A DNA stretch of 64,000 bases from Podarcis cretensis (lineage: Eukaryota): positions 43,524,001 to 43,588,000 of the forward strand of contig OX638158.1 in NCBI GenBank assembly GCA_951804945.1. Reading direction: 5' to 3'. A model generated the notes under the pieces. It saw only the letters and a program-made list of their open reading frames with translations. It ran no database searches and had not been told where the DNA came from. The first letter of the stretch is position 1; each line of letters begins with the position of its first letter. This document shows, in pieces, positions 1 to 11,959 of this stretch. The translations under genes and the position numbers were made by a program.

Positions 1-59
1 TTCTGGGTCCATTACTGTTACTATTATTGTACACATTTGTACACCACTTTATGGCATAA

Positions 60-645
60 AACCATTGAAGCAACGTATAGGGTAAAATACAGAATAAAAT
101 ACAGAAGCACAATAAAACCAATTCAACAAACTCTTAAAAAACTCATGAAAACAGAGAATTGATCTTTCATAAATAACTGGGTGACACCTCAAGGAAAGCT
201 TTCCTAAACAAAAAAATGTATTCAGTAGGTTCCTAAATATCAGAATGCTATGTGCCTGTCTGATTGTGGCAGAAAAATGAATCCTGAGAGTTGGGGCTAA
301 AAATCCAGTGCAGACTAATGGAACCTCTGTGTCAGACATATGGTATTCTCAGCAGTATCCTATCTGAGGAGCACAGTTGCTGGGCGGGAGTGTCTTGGGC
401 AAGACGATGCCTTAGATATTCTCGCCTCAAGTTTAGGGCACTAAATAGTAAAAACAAGACCTTGAATTGTGCCTGGTAGCATTTTGGCAGCTAGTGCAGC
501 TCCTTCAGCAGAGGATCTGTGATGTTGATGGGGTACCCCAGTCTAGCTGCTGCATTCTGCACCAGCTGCAGCTTCCAGGTTTAGTCCAAATGAAGCCCCA
601 CGTAGAACACATAGCAATAATCCAGTCTTGAGGTTACCAGTGCCA
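60..645 (-). mobile_element. Degenerate L2-clade LINE 3' fragment
   Basis: Reverse strand of ~545-645 reads [34 protein letters not shown], typical of L2-type RT C-termini; boundaries approximate. Confidence 0.65.
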
Positions 646-1888
646 AGGTGAATTCCTTAGAGTATGTGGTCTTTAAAGTAGAAGGAAATGAACTTATACA
701 TACACATTAAAGTTGGTTGCCAACAAAGGAACAATAGAACCCCAGTTAAAATTAAGTTCCTAGTGGGTTTACTCTTTAGGAGATGCTATAAAGTGGGAAG
801 GAATCTTATACTGCAAAGTTCTGGAGAAAGGAATGCAGCTTATATCCGTCTTAGGGTCCTGTTTGCTATGATTGATATCAGCTGCTACATAGTAGTGCAG
901 CCAAACCTTTGGATAAATGTAATGGAATCCTGACATTTTAGATTCCAGTGGTGCCAAGAATGACAAAATAACAGTATATGTCATAAGTAACAGTTCCAAC
1001 CTCATCTTGACCATTATATAATGCCAAATCCTGGAAAAGCAGTATTAAACTCTTGAGGACTCTTAAAGGGATGTGCTAAGTAGTTAAAATTAATGTTGCT
1101 ACCTAAAATGGAGCTACTAGGGTCATGCAGAAGAAGACTTGTAATTGCTGGGTAGGGAATGCACTAAAATGTCCTGATCTGGATTAATCATTAATCTTCT
1201 TTTCCTACATTCCAAGAATGGTTTACTCTAGACAATGGTCACTTAGCTGTGCAGCTTTGCTTTGTAAGATTTTCTGGGTCACTCTCTCCATAACAACTAA
1301 GCTGAACTTGGGTTCAAGCTATCTGAAAAAGCTAATAGAACAGCAATGATTTATAGAAAGGTTCTTTTATTTGTACACTTAAAGGAGTCGGCTGCTGTTG
1401 TTTTTCACTGTTTATCCAAAATCATTAGGAGTTGGGCCAGGTTCACAATGTGACCCAAGCCAACATACACACAGAACTGTGTTAGAGCAACCTTGTCTGC
1501 AAGGCACAGCTCCAGTATTTCCGCTACACAATATGTGTTCTTGAAGCATCAGCGTCAACAGAAGTGGTTGCAGTTGCTATTTCATCTGTGAACTTCTGTC
1601 TTACATTGTCTGGTTTGTCCAAAGGGCTATTTATTGATGGGTGACTCAGCAAAAAGAGCTGTTAGATAAGGATGTGTGGATAGATATCATTATTTTCTGG
1701 TGACTGGAATGCTGTGCCCCTTGAAGCTTTACTAACTGAGAGGTTAATTTGAGAAAAGGCAATTTTAACCAGTTAGTTGTTAAAGTTGTGAAGGACACAA
1801 TGGTGTCATTAACATGATTAAATAAAATAAGATTCGTAATAGAAAATGATATTATAACAGACCTCACAATCAGCTTCAAAATCTAGTA

Positions 1889-2140
1889 CAGTTATACCTT
1901 GGATCCCAAACGCCTTGCAACTTGGAACATTTTGGTTTCCGAATGCCGCAAACCCGGAAGTGAGTGCACTGGTTTGAGAACGTTCTTTGGAACCCGAATG
2001 TCTGACGCAGCTTACACGGCTTCCAATGGAGTGCAGGAAGCTCCTGCAGCCAGTCAGAAGCTGCGCCTTGGTTGTTGAATGTTTTCAGAAGTTCAATAGA
2101 CTTCCAGAACAGATTTGGTTTGACAACCAAGGTATGACTG
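1889..2140. mobile_element. Tc1/mariner (Tigger-like) MITE
   Basis: TA TSD both sides; TIR cagttataccttgg...ccaaggtatgactg; related inverted copy at 26283. Confidence 0.85.
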
Positions 2141-3633
2141 TAGTAAGTGAAATTGAAAAACTTTCCATTCCAAAAATAAGGCCTATGGAAGACAGGCAAA
2201 CAAGATTGCCTTATCAGTGGCTCAGAGGGAGTTTAGCTTCATTGAGTATCAATAGTTTGAGGCCAGGATATCTTGGGGGCAATTGCTGCTTCCAATGTGG
2301 ACTTCACTTGACTTAGACTCTTCTAGTTGTCTTTCTCACCTACTAGACAAATGTTCAGTGGGACAGATGTTTTCTCTGCCCCACATCGCCCCCGCTAAGC
2401 AAGCAGAAACTGTGTTTCAACAGGCATATTACAAGATTTTTAAAAGCACCTTTTATTAGTTTTTCCTTGTTTGTTCTTGGGCTGTGTGTTAAAATGGAAA
2501 ACAAAGGTCACCTTTTCGCCACATAGAGATGTTCCATTTACCAATTTTAAAAGTTTGGATACACCTTTCTAAGCAAATACCCACTCCAGGCAGCTTACAA
2601 TATTTTAAAATATTTGTTTTCCTTTTTACACTTTCTTGTTGTGTGCTAATCCCTACTGGAGGATAGAAACTGGCTTTGTGTTTTTGAGGCATTTCTCTCA
2701 AAACTAATCTGTGTCCTTGGTCAGTAGAGTTTAATAACGTTCCTTGTCCCTTTCCACCCCAAAAATGTATTTTCTTTTGAGCCTTCAGGATCTGCTCATG
2801 GTTCCAGCTTGAATCCTTCTCTCTTCTATGGAAGAGGGGAGTTGTGGAGAGTTTACTGATGTTGGATTAGGGAGACAGCACCAGAGACATTTAGGAGAAT
2901 GAGCCATTTGCTATTGTCCCTTGCACCCCTCCAGTGGGGTATGGTGCTGCACATGTTCACTTCCTCTGCTGATGGGAAAATAGGTGTGAGAGAGAACATG
3001 CACTGGGGCATGCTGTTTCTGGTTCCAGTTGTGTGAATGAGGGTGAGGTTACTCCCCTGCTTTCTGAGCATGATGGAGTTGTCTGGAACAATTGCTGCAC
3101 TCCAGTGGATACTCCCAACTCTGCTTTCATCACATTGCTATAATCATTCTCTTACACGAAGTATCTATGGAATGCTCTTACGATGTTGTAAGAAATCTAT
3201 GCATGACAAATGATTTGTTCCCTTAAACCTAGTATGAAGGCTTTACTGTTTGAGAAATGTATGAAAACTTACCTCAGCCTGCAGTTACTCCAGGCTGTAA
3301 CTCCCAACTCTCTCCCCCGCCTTCCCCCCAGCAGCAAGATATCTATGACAAAAGTGTCTCTCACTAAATGTAAACGAATTGTGAAAAAGACTCTTAGGAA
3401 TTGAAAATGGAGACGATAGACGTACCCTTCCCTGTTCCTTTGTTTTGTAACACACACAAAAATCCTTAATAAAACTTAAAACAAAAACTGATGGGAGTGG
3501 AAGTTGGAGGGAAAAATTAAGATTGTTCTAGAAAAGTTATTGTTATTTTCTACAAATGTTAGCAAAGCTCCTGCTGTGGAAACACAACCTTTACCTTGTT
3601 GCTAATTGCTACCATCTCTTTTGCAGACTCAAA

Positions 3634-3745
3634 ATGCCAAACTGGGGAGGTGGCAACAAGTGTGGGGCCTGTGGCAGAACAGTGTACCATGCAGAAGAAG
3701 TACAATGTGATGGGAGAAGCTTCCACAGATGCTGCTTTCTTTGTA
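3634..3745 (+). CDS. CSRP2: CSRP2 coding exon 1
   Basis: Acceptor ttgcag ending 3626, ATG 3634, [13 protein letters not shown]...CFLC, donor A|gtaagt. Confidence 0.96.
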
Positions 3746-6700
3746 GTAAGTACTCTTTTCAGTTGAAACAGTGAATGGCAGTGCAAGTAGTGAGCGGCAG
3801 GACCATAATTTTTGCTATTCAGATCCAAAGACAGACATCTTATGGCCTCAAGGAACAAAGAGTGTAAAATACCAAGCACTATCTATGCTGCCTTGAGCAA
3901 TCTTGAGTTCCTTTCTTCCCAGGATGACTCGAGAGGACTGTATCTTCACCAGAGGAATGCAGTAGTCTTTGTCAGGAGAGCATTTTCAGACACTGCATGA
4001 CCACCACAGGAAGTGGACCTACTTGCATGTCTCATATAACTGAGCACATGAACAATAAGAAGCGGCTCTAGCTGTTCTTTGGAAGAGAAGTGGACCAGCT
4101 CTGTCTAGTACTGAGAGTATTAAAAGGACTGGAATTAGCGGGATTCAAGACTGAGCTATATCACCATCTTTACAAATGAAAGGCTTAGGTCAGTGGTCGG
4201 CAGGTTATGGTCCTCCAGGTGTGTGGGAGCTGCAACTTCTATTGGCCTCAGCAAGCATGGTCAATGGAGTTGTAGTCTCGGAACATCTGAAGGGCCACAA
4301 GTTCCCCATGCCTGGTTTAGGTTTTCACTTTGCTACACGTTGGTCACTTCAAATCAAACCCACCATTTCAGTTGGCTCTGAGCTGAATTTATATTCTAAG
4401 ATTAAGCATGTTAACAAAATACCAAGTTTAATCCATAAAAATGCCTGTTTCACACTGTAAGTTGTTCCAGCAGTTTACATTTTAAAGATCATTTTGTGAG
4501 AATTCATTAGTTGGCTCTCTTCCTCATCCATACCAAATAAGTTAATTGAATGATCTGGTTGATTTTCTATTTCAGCACAGTGGAGCCAAAATTCTGTTGG
4601 GCTTTGGCACAGGAGGCTGTTGATTGTCTTAAATGAGCAGAGTCTATGCGATTATGTTTCAGGCCAACAGCTTATTGAAGAATTGCATTTTTGTACCAAA
4701 AAGCATGTTCATTAGATACTAAGCAAAGGATTGCATCAAATAACTGCTTTGTGATGCAGCTGCCACAAAGAAGAGCAATATTGTTGTGACATTAAATGTG
4801 GATTGTAGTTTACCCAAGCTCATGTCATGAAATTAGTAAGAGCAACAAGCAATTTGGGTGGGGGAGGCAGGCCAGGAATTTTCAGTAGCTGCACTTCAGG
4901 AAAAGCAGGGCAGTTGATAACAGCTGTCAAACCTCATGGTAGCAAGAAAGTCAATGAGCTAAGCAGCAAAGCTGGGAAGGTAACAGAATAAGCTCAAACT
5001 ATTTGAAGTTTAGGTTCAGGATTGCTTCTTCCTGTTTAGGCTTAGACATGGAAAATATGAAGGAATAAGTTTCTGAGGATGCATAAAGAACTCAGCTGTG
5101 AAGGAATTGGTTATCTCATTTGGCCTCTACAAATCTGGGATTAAAGGCGAGAGCCCTCCTAGTCAGAAGGCATGACAACATTTTTCATGAAACTAAACAG
5201 TGTCTTGTGAGATAATAATGGAACACATTGTACACTACACAATTCGACTACAGGAGTCAAAACCCAAAGTGTGGCACTGCTCTGCTTCAAAAGGAAGCAA
5301 AAATGCACCCAATAGAATCTAGCTCTGCAATCTAGCTTGACTTGCATTTGATGTGGAATAGTGATGAGACATGAGCATAAATGCATTTCTATCTTCGTAA
5401 CCTTTGCAATGCCAGTTAAAAGGTGGGTACTGTATTTTCATTGGGTGTGAGGAATGGCTAGTGCTGGTGTCAAGCCTCTGTGCTGTGATCTTGACTACCA
5501 CTCCCCTGTGGCTGCAGTGTGCAAAAAATTATAGAGTGGAGATGCATTTGTGCACCTATTGTTACGTCACATTTTCTCCTGATACAGACCATTAAATGCA
5601 AAAGCTCTTGCAGTCTTATGGATCAATATATATATATATATATTTCTTACTAGGTGAGTTCTGAACCGCCTGTTTCTGGTGATATGCAAAAATAATACTC
5701 AATTTTGAAGTCGTAGTGGTGTTAACTAAAGCATGTTGCCCTGAAGTAAACTTCTTGAATGTGAATGGTGGAGAGCACATGGACTGTTGTGCTGAGTGCT
5801 CATATAGAACTGCCCATATTTTCTCATTAACAGAGAAATTCTGGCCTCATTCCCAGGAAACAGAACAAGCAACTTAAAGCTGTAAAAGCAGAAATAGGTT
5901 ACTAATGGTATTTCAGGACATGGATTTAAGTTGGGTCAGTATTCCCAGTAAGTCTCAAATGGAGTACCTGTAGAAGGTGCACTAATTATTTTTTTTAGTG
6001 CCTCTAGTTATGGATACTTTGTAAAGTAAAAAATGGGAACTGTTGCATAATTAAACATGCTGTGTGGTTTTAAAAAAGCAGGAGGGAAAATTGCTGACCT
6101 CAGTTCCTGGCTTCTTTTGCAGCCTTGTTAATTAAACTGCATCAAGCTTCCATTCTGTAAATGTCACAATTAAGAATGGGAAGGAGGGACAAGTCCCTCA
6201 GTAGAGCAAAATATAATCCAGCAATTCAAAAACATTCCCCTCTTTTCATTTTCCAGTAGTCCGCTAAGTTTTAACAACTACCAGAGGCACTTTCCCTCCC
6301 TGGCACTTAATGTTCCTTTCTGTTAATAAATAGGCATCCGTTTTTTGAAGAAGCAAATTCTTTCTTTCTTTCTTTTCCAGTGGTGTGCCGGAAAAACTTA
6401 GACAGCACAACAGTAGCCATCCATGACGAAGAGGTCTACTGCAAATCATGCTATGGAAAGAAGTATGGCCCAAAAGGCTATGGCTATGGCCAAGGAGCAG
6501 GCACTCTTAATATGGACAGAGGGGAGAGGCTGGGCATCAAGCATGACAAGTAAGTATAACTTGCATTCTACTTGAGCTACTTGTAACTGCAGCTGGCAGT
6601 GTGACCCTACATAAAACAGCCTGCAGCCATGCTTTTGTCATGTCTGTATTGTGTATTGTCCCTAAGCAATGGTCTGAATGGTAAAGTTCACTCTGATTAT

Positions 6701-9062
6701 ATAACTAAGCCTTCACTATTAGCAGCTGTCCAGGGAACAAACATATCTGGAAATGAGTCAACCCTGGTTTGCTCTCTGTGTGTAATAGTGATTCAGTTTT
6801 CTCAGAAAGCTGTTTATTATGGAAGTGACGCAGCTAGGCTCTGTTGGCAAGTGTTTTATAATTAAGGGTCCACCTCTTAAATCATTTTATGTTACTTTAG
6901 AATCTCATGAATATCCAGCCTAATATATATAATGGGGTAAACCAATGCCTAATTCACATGTGACACCAATGAGAATTGTGATTGCGTGCACTTCCTCTTC
7001 TCTTTATGCACTCAGCTTCAGTTGCTTCCTCTTGAATCCAAACCAGTTCACATTGGCTTGTGCAGCAGCAGCAGCAGCAGCAGCAGCAGTTATGGCTTCC
7101 AGTAAGCCAGGAGCATTGGGGGCGGGTAGTAATTGCGAGCAAGGCTTGGTATTTCATTTGAACAGTCTCAACATGTTGGATGCTGAGCAGTTCCTTCTGT
7201 TCAGATGAAGGCTTCAAAGCCTTGATATTATGCCGCAGATGAATTTATAGTTCTCAAGGCTATAGAGCGCCTTCACTGTAAAATGAAAAGCCATGATGTA
7301 GTCCACCATAACCTCATTGATTTTAGTAGGATTTTCAGGGCCCTCTAAATGGATAAGAATACTTGGCTGGTGAGGGCACCTCCCCAAATGACAGGGGATT
7401 TGTTTTAAAGACAAACAAGCCACAAGGCAAAAAGAAACTCAGATCTGTAGAACGGCTGCATTTTAAAGAATACAGGAAATACTGTGGCAGTCTTCAGACA
7501 CAAATGAGGCTGTATTGATGTGGGCTTTTGATAAAAGTTGTTTTTATAAATTCCAGTAAACTTTAGAGCAAAAATCCTGATGTGAGGCAGTCTTAAATAA
7601 GTACATTTTAAGCTGTGCAATATTTGTAAACCTAGGCATTGTTCAAACTAAGGGATAATTTGCGAACATGGCTGTCTTTAAAAACTTTTCATATTACAGG
7701 TGCGAATTGAGGGAAAATCATTACAACAGCATTGTGAGAGTTCAGTGAATCAGCATAGAGAAGTATAACTATGGGCTAGTATGCATCTAAACCAGGTTAT
7801 TGGTTTGTGGTGTTTCCCCCCTGTTGTTTTTATTATGTATTTTGTGTTTTTATTTTGTATTTTATGTTGTGAACCATCCTTTGATCTATGGATTAAGGGC
7901 AGGACACAAATTTAATAATAATAAATAATGGATTCCACTGAAATTGGATATTCACACTAGGGCACCTTTACTTTATTTTAGTGCACCTTCTCACCGACCT
8001 ACAACAAGTCCAAATACTTCAAAGTTTGCCCAAAAATTTGGAGGAGCAGAGAAATGTTCCAGGTGTGGTGATTCTGTGTATGCAGCAGAGAAAGTAATAG
8101 GAGCTGGAAAGGTAAGGTGGCATATTGTTGCAGAGACCTTGCCAAGCAACACTGACATTTTTCAATTCATTAATTGTAGATAAACTTGGCTTGCTAAGAG
8201 TGGGGTAGCTTGCTCTCTTACAAGAGGTGAGCAAGTAGATCTCTTTGAGGAGGAAGAGATTTGCAGTCTTGAGACAGTGGCCAGCTGAATCCAGTTTCTC
8301 AAACATTTGTACTTAAGTGCTTTTTACTAATAGATCAAGCTCATATGAATAGCAAGATAACTCTAAGAAGACAACTTTTTTTGAAAATAAAGATTCGGAA
8401 TTTTTTTAATGGTGCAATACAGAAGCCTAAAATAAATGTGCTCTCTTTCTATCTAGCCTTGGCACAAAAACTGCTTTCGCTGTGCCAAGTGTGGGAAAAG
8501 TCTTGAATCAACAACTCTGACAGAGAAGGACGGTGAAATCTATTGCAAAGGTAAGAGGTTAAGGCAAAGGGCATAAAAATTGCTTGTTCCGGTGAAGAGT
8601 CGTATGGTTTGATTCCAGGAAGGGGTGGTCAACAGGTCAAAAGAATGTATTCTGCAACTGTTCTTTAAGTGGATAAATATTTTCTCAATTTAAGTGATAT
8701 TTGGAGAATAATGAAGGTATCAGGTTTTCAACTAAGGAAGTAATCTTAAATCATTGCTGTGGATGGTGTAGGGACAACTATTTTACACCAGCCAAAAGGA
8801 TTTGTATAGCAGCTTCCTTCTTTCAGAAGTGACAGCTCTTTAGGTATAAGGAATAGTTTTGCCCTGGAAAACAATAGAAACTCATTTAAAAAAATGTTCT
8901 GTAAATCTGCTTGAGTACCCGATTTTATTATTTCACCAAAACAACTGCTAGAATTGAACTGATAGTCTACTATTTATCCTTGCAGGTTGTTATGCGAAGA
9001 ACTTTGGCCCCAAAGGATTTGGCTATGGGCAGGGAGCTGGTGCTCTGGTTCACGCTCAATGA
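3634..9062 (+). CDS. CSRP2: Cysteine and glycine-rich protein 2, 193 aa; join(3634..3745,6381..6549,7982..8111,8457..8550,8986..9062)
   Basis: Spliced translation [37 protein letters not shown]...[24 protein letters not shown]; two LIM domains plus Gly-rich repeats; all GT-AG; 582 nt; tail-to-tail with ZDHHC17 as in mammals; non-coding exon 1 presumably upstream of the window. Confidence 0.96.
4191..4314. mobile_element. hAT-type short MITE
   Basis: CAG...CTG ends, near-identical 8-bp TSD gcttaggt/gtttaggt; related to copies near 41643, 52093 and 54517. Confidence 0.6.
6381..6549 (+). CDS. CSRP2: CSRP2 coding exon 2
   Basis: ttccag|..[55 protein letters not shown]..|gtaagt. Confidence 0.96.
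7062..7089. repeat. (GCA)9 microsatellite in CSRP2 intron
   Basis: Direct reading. Confidence 0.95.
7982..8111 (+). CDS. CSRP2: CSRP2 coding exon 3
   Basis: ttttag|..[43 protein letters not shown]|gtaagg. Confidence 0.96.
8457..8550 (+). CDS. CSRP2: CSRP2 coding exon 4
   Basis: atctag|[31 protein letters not shown]..|gtaaga. Confidence 0.96.
8986..9062 (+). CDS. CSRP2: CSRP2 last coding exon
   Basis: ttgcag|..[27 protein letters not shown] (9060-9062). Confidence 0.96.
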
Positions 9063-11253
9063 TTCGTTAGTGCCATTGCACTGAAATGGTTCTATAGTTA
9101 CAACTTAAATGCGACTAATTACTGTGAAACGGATAACTAGTGTCCTATGCCGTTGCTTGTCTTAAAGTATTGCATTTTCTCAAGCCTTAAAAGCACACTT
9201 TTTACATGCACTGTCAATTGGGTTCAGTAAATCTTTTTTGCTTATAAGATTAGTGTGTTGAAAGGCCCCCTGGAGAAAATTGTTCTGTTTCTACTGCCTA
9301 CAGATCTGCATCTATATATTGCTTTGGCTGCAACATTTGAAGCATGGTAGGAGTTGCTTGCTGCCTAAACAAGCACTTCATCAGGTAATGGGAAGACTGG
9401 GAGTAAAAAGCATGTTAATCCATTATAGCCAAGTCTGTCATTGTAGATTTGCAGTAGCCCTGCTCAGGCATTAACCTTCCCAATTATGCTCGTTGGTCTT
9501 GCCTACTCCACGTTGGAGAAGTAACTTCTAAAACAGGAACCCGCTCTACTCATGGAGTCCATGATTTAGAATCCTGGTGTTACTCCACTAAGTATAGCAA
9601 GTTCCCTTCTAGGGAATGATTGGATAATGGCTGAGTTAAGGCCAGTAAGGTGACAACCACCCATCCCTTGCTCTGCCTCTTTTGCAGTTTTATAGGGGAT
9701 GAACACCCGAACAGGGCTTGTGCAAATGGCCATCATAGCACTATGTTAACTGTCCATCTCAGTAGTTTCACAGGCAACAGATGTGAGGTACCTTGATCTC
9801 AGAAAGGCAGCAACTTCTAAAAATGCAACTGAGGTATCTTCTGCAGTAGATCTCTGCTCTGGCTATTCTAATTCATGGTACCCTAAAGAGAGATTTGGGG
9901 GGGAAATCATGGCTTGACTCACAAGGAAGTTCCCTTCCCTACTCCCATTTCAGCTGCACATGCCGTTTGGGAAGACGTTGGATGGAGCACAGGGGGAACT
10001 CTATGAACTCAAGTTTACTATAAGATACAAGTCTATGATAAATACTGCAGTTATTAGAACATTAAGAGTCTGGAGTAACTTCTAGAAAGCCTCAAATCTT
10101 GTTATTACTCTTTGAATACTGTTGTTCTGAATTGCTTGTAGAGTTAGCCCTACAACTATTGCTGCTCTATCCATAATTGGCCAGGGTTATGACATTTTGG
10201 AATATACACAGTAACAAAAATGTCATTTGTGATTCAGACTTCTGCAAAGGTACCAGTACTTCCAACCAATTACTAGGGTATCTTCAAGACTGTGGATGAG
10301 GCAGGGGAAGAAGCAGACAGGACAGTATCTAGAAAGCGTAGGGAAACTAAAGTTTCACTTGTTAAACAGTTTATTCTTGTGTTATATAGACAAACCATTG
10401 TCAGATTTTATTCATTTGGTAACTTGTTCCCATATCCCTACTCCATAGTAGACTTCACTACAGAGATTTTAGATATCTAAGTATATATGAACTATGGGCT
10501 TTGCTATTTTTGCAGTATGAACTGGGATAATGGACATTTTATTTCAAGCCAAGATGCTATTTTGCTTTTGTTAATCATGCGAGTTTGCTTGGTATGCTTA
10601 TGTACATGTGGGTCATTTTGAAATTTTTGAAGCAAGGACAAAAGTATGCATGTCTCAACAATAAATGGTTAGGCTGCCAAAGAAATGACTTCATATCTCC
10701 TTTCAACGTCATCTGTGTTCACAGCACAATTCTGAACAAGGATCCCAAATCAGAGTACTAATTATTCTTTAACTGTGTTCCTACAACCATATAATTAACA
10801 AATCGAGGCCAAGGGCATATACAATAAGAGCAAGAAATGCTTATGCAATAAAAACACTTAAAGCTATTTTCACTACTTAACCAGTCATTTTGGCCAAACT
10901 GCATCTACCTGACAAACTAGAGATCTGCTGTTCCCAATCTAAGCACCACGGTAAATGTTACTATTCTTTCATAGCAAAAAGCTCTGTCACCCACCTCAGA
11001 AATTCTTCTTTTGCCTCCCCAGCTTTCAGTTCAGGCTGGGGGTGCAAAAGAAAAGACACGGCTTTAACTTTGAATCACCTCTTCTCCCCGTGATATCAGG
11101 TGGGTGCAGTGCAGGGCCTGAACCAGTTCTTGATTCAACTAGCCCACCCCTCCTGTAGAGCATAATTGCTATTAAAGCCTTCCTGCATGATCTTGGCTCT
11201 CAAAGGCTGGAGGGCAGGTGGGAGAGGGAAAGTACAAAGTTGGTTTAAGAATA

Positions 11254-11573
11254 CAGTGGTGCCCCGCAAGACGAACGTCTCGCAAGACTGAAAACCCGCT
11301 AGACGAAAGGGTTTTCCGTTTTGGAGGCGCTTCGCAAAACGAATTTCCCTATGGGCTTGCTTCGCAAGACGAAAATGTCTTGCGAGTTCCTGCGTGGTTT
11401 TTTCCCACCCCCCCCTTTTCCTAAGCCCTAAGCCGCTTATCAGCTGATCCGCTGATAAGCCGCTAAACCGCTAATAGCGCTAAGCTGTCAATGGGCTTGC
11501 TTCGCAAGATGAAAAAACCGCTATACGAAGAGCCTCACGGAACGGATTAATTTCGTCTTATGAGGCACCACTG
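11254..11573. mobile_element. Tc1/mariner (Tigger-like) MITE between the two 3' ends
   Basis: TA TSD; TIR cagtggtgccccgcaagacgaa...ttcgtcttatgaggcaccactg; close relative at 56530-56842. Confidence 0.9.
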
Positions 11574-11959
11574 TAACTTGCGGATCAGAGCTCCCCAAAC
11601 TGTTTCTCTCAACATGTTAAGTGTGTAGGTGTGCCGCATGAACGCTCCCTGCACTTCTCTAGAGGCTGGAAAACCGAAGGACTGTGTGGTGAAATGATGC
11701 ATGTCTACAAAGTGTCACCAACATGCAAAGTTTAACTCCAATGCTGAAAAAAAATGCTCCGCTAGTCTTACTGAGGTAGCAATGGGCTCTTTGGAGCAAC
11801 CTCCTAATTAGCAGAAAAGGAGCCGATCTCCCAAGAAGGGTAAGTTCCTGAGTGTTCTGAGCAGGAGAACAAGAAACTCTTACTGAAGTAAAGACAAATG
11901 CTAGCATCTAGGAGACAAGTATTTATTTGATTAATAACTTACAAAAAAATGACAATTTT

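Noticed and set aside
6945-7217. Poly-Ala / poly-Cys ORFs
   Set aside because: Translations of an intronic (GCA)n microsatellite
11340-11500. Short internal repeats (gctaagccgct...) resembling a CRISPR-like array
   Set aside because: Internal to a eukaryotic MITE that also occurs at 56.5 kb; no regular repeat-spacer structure
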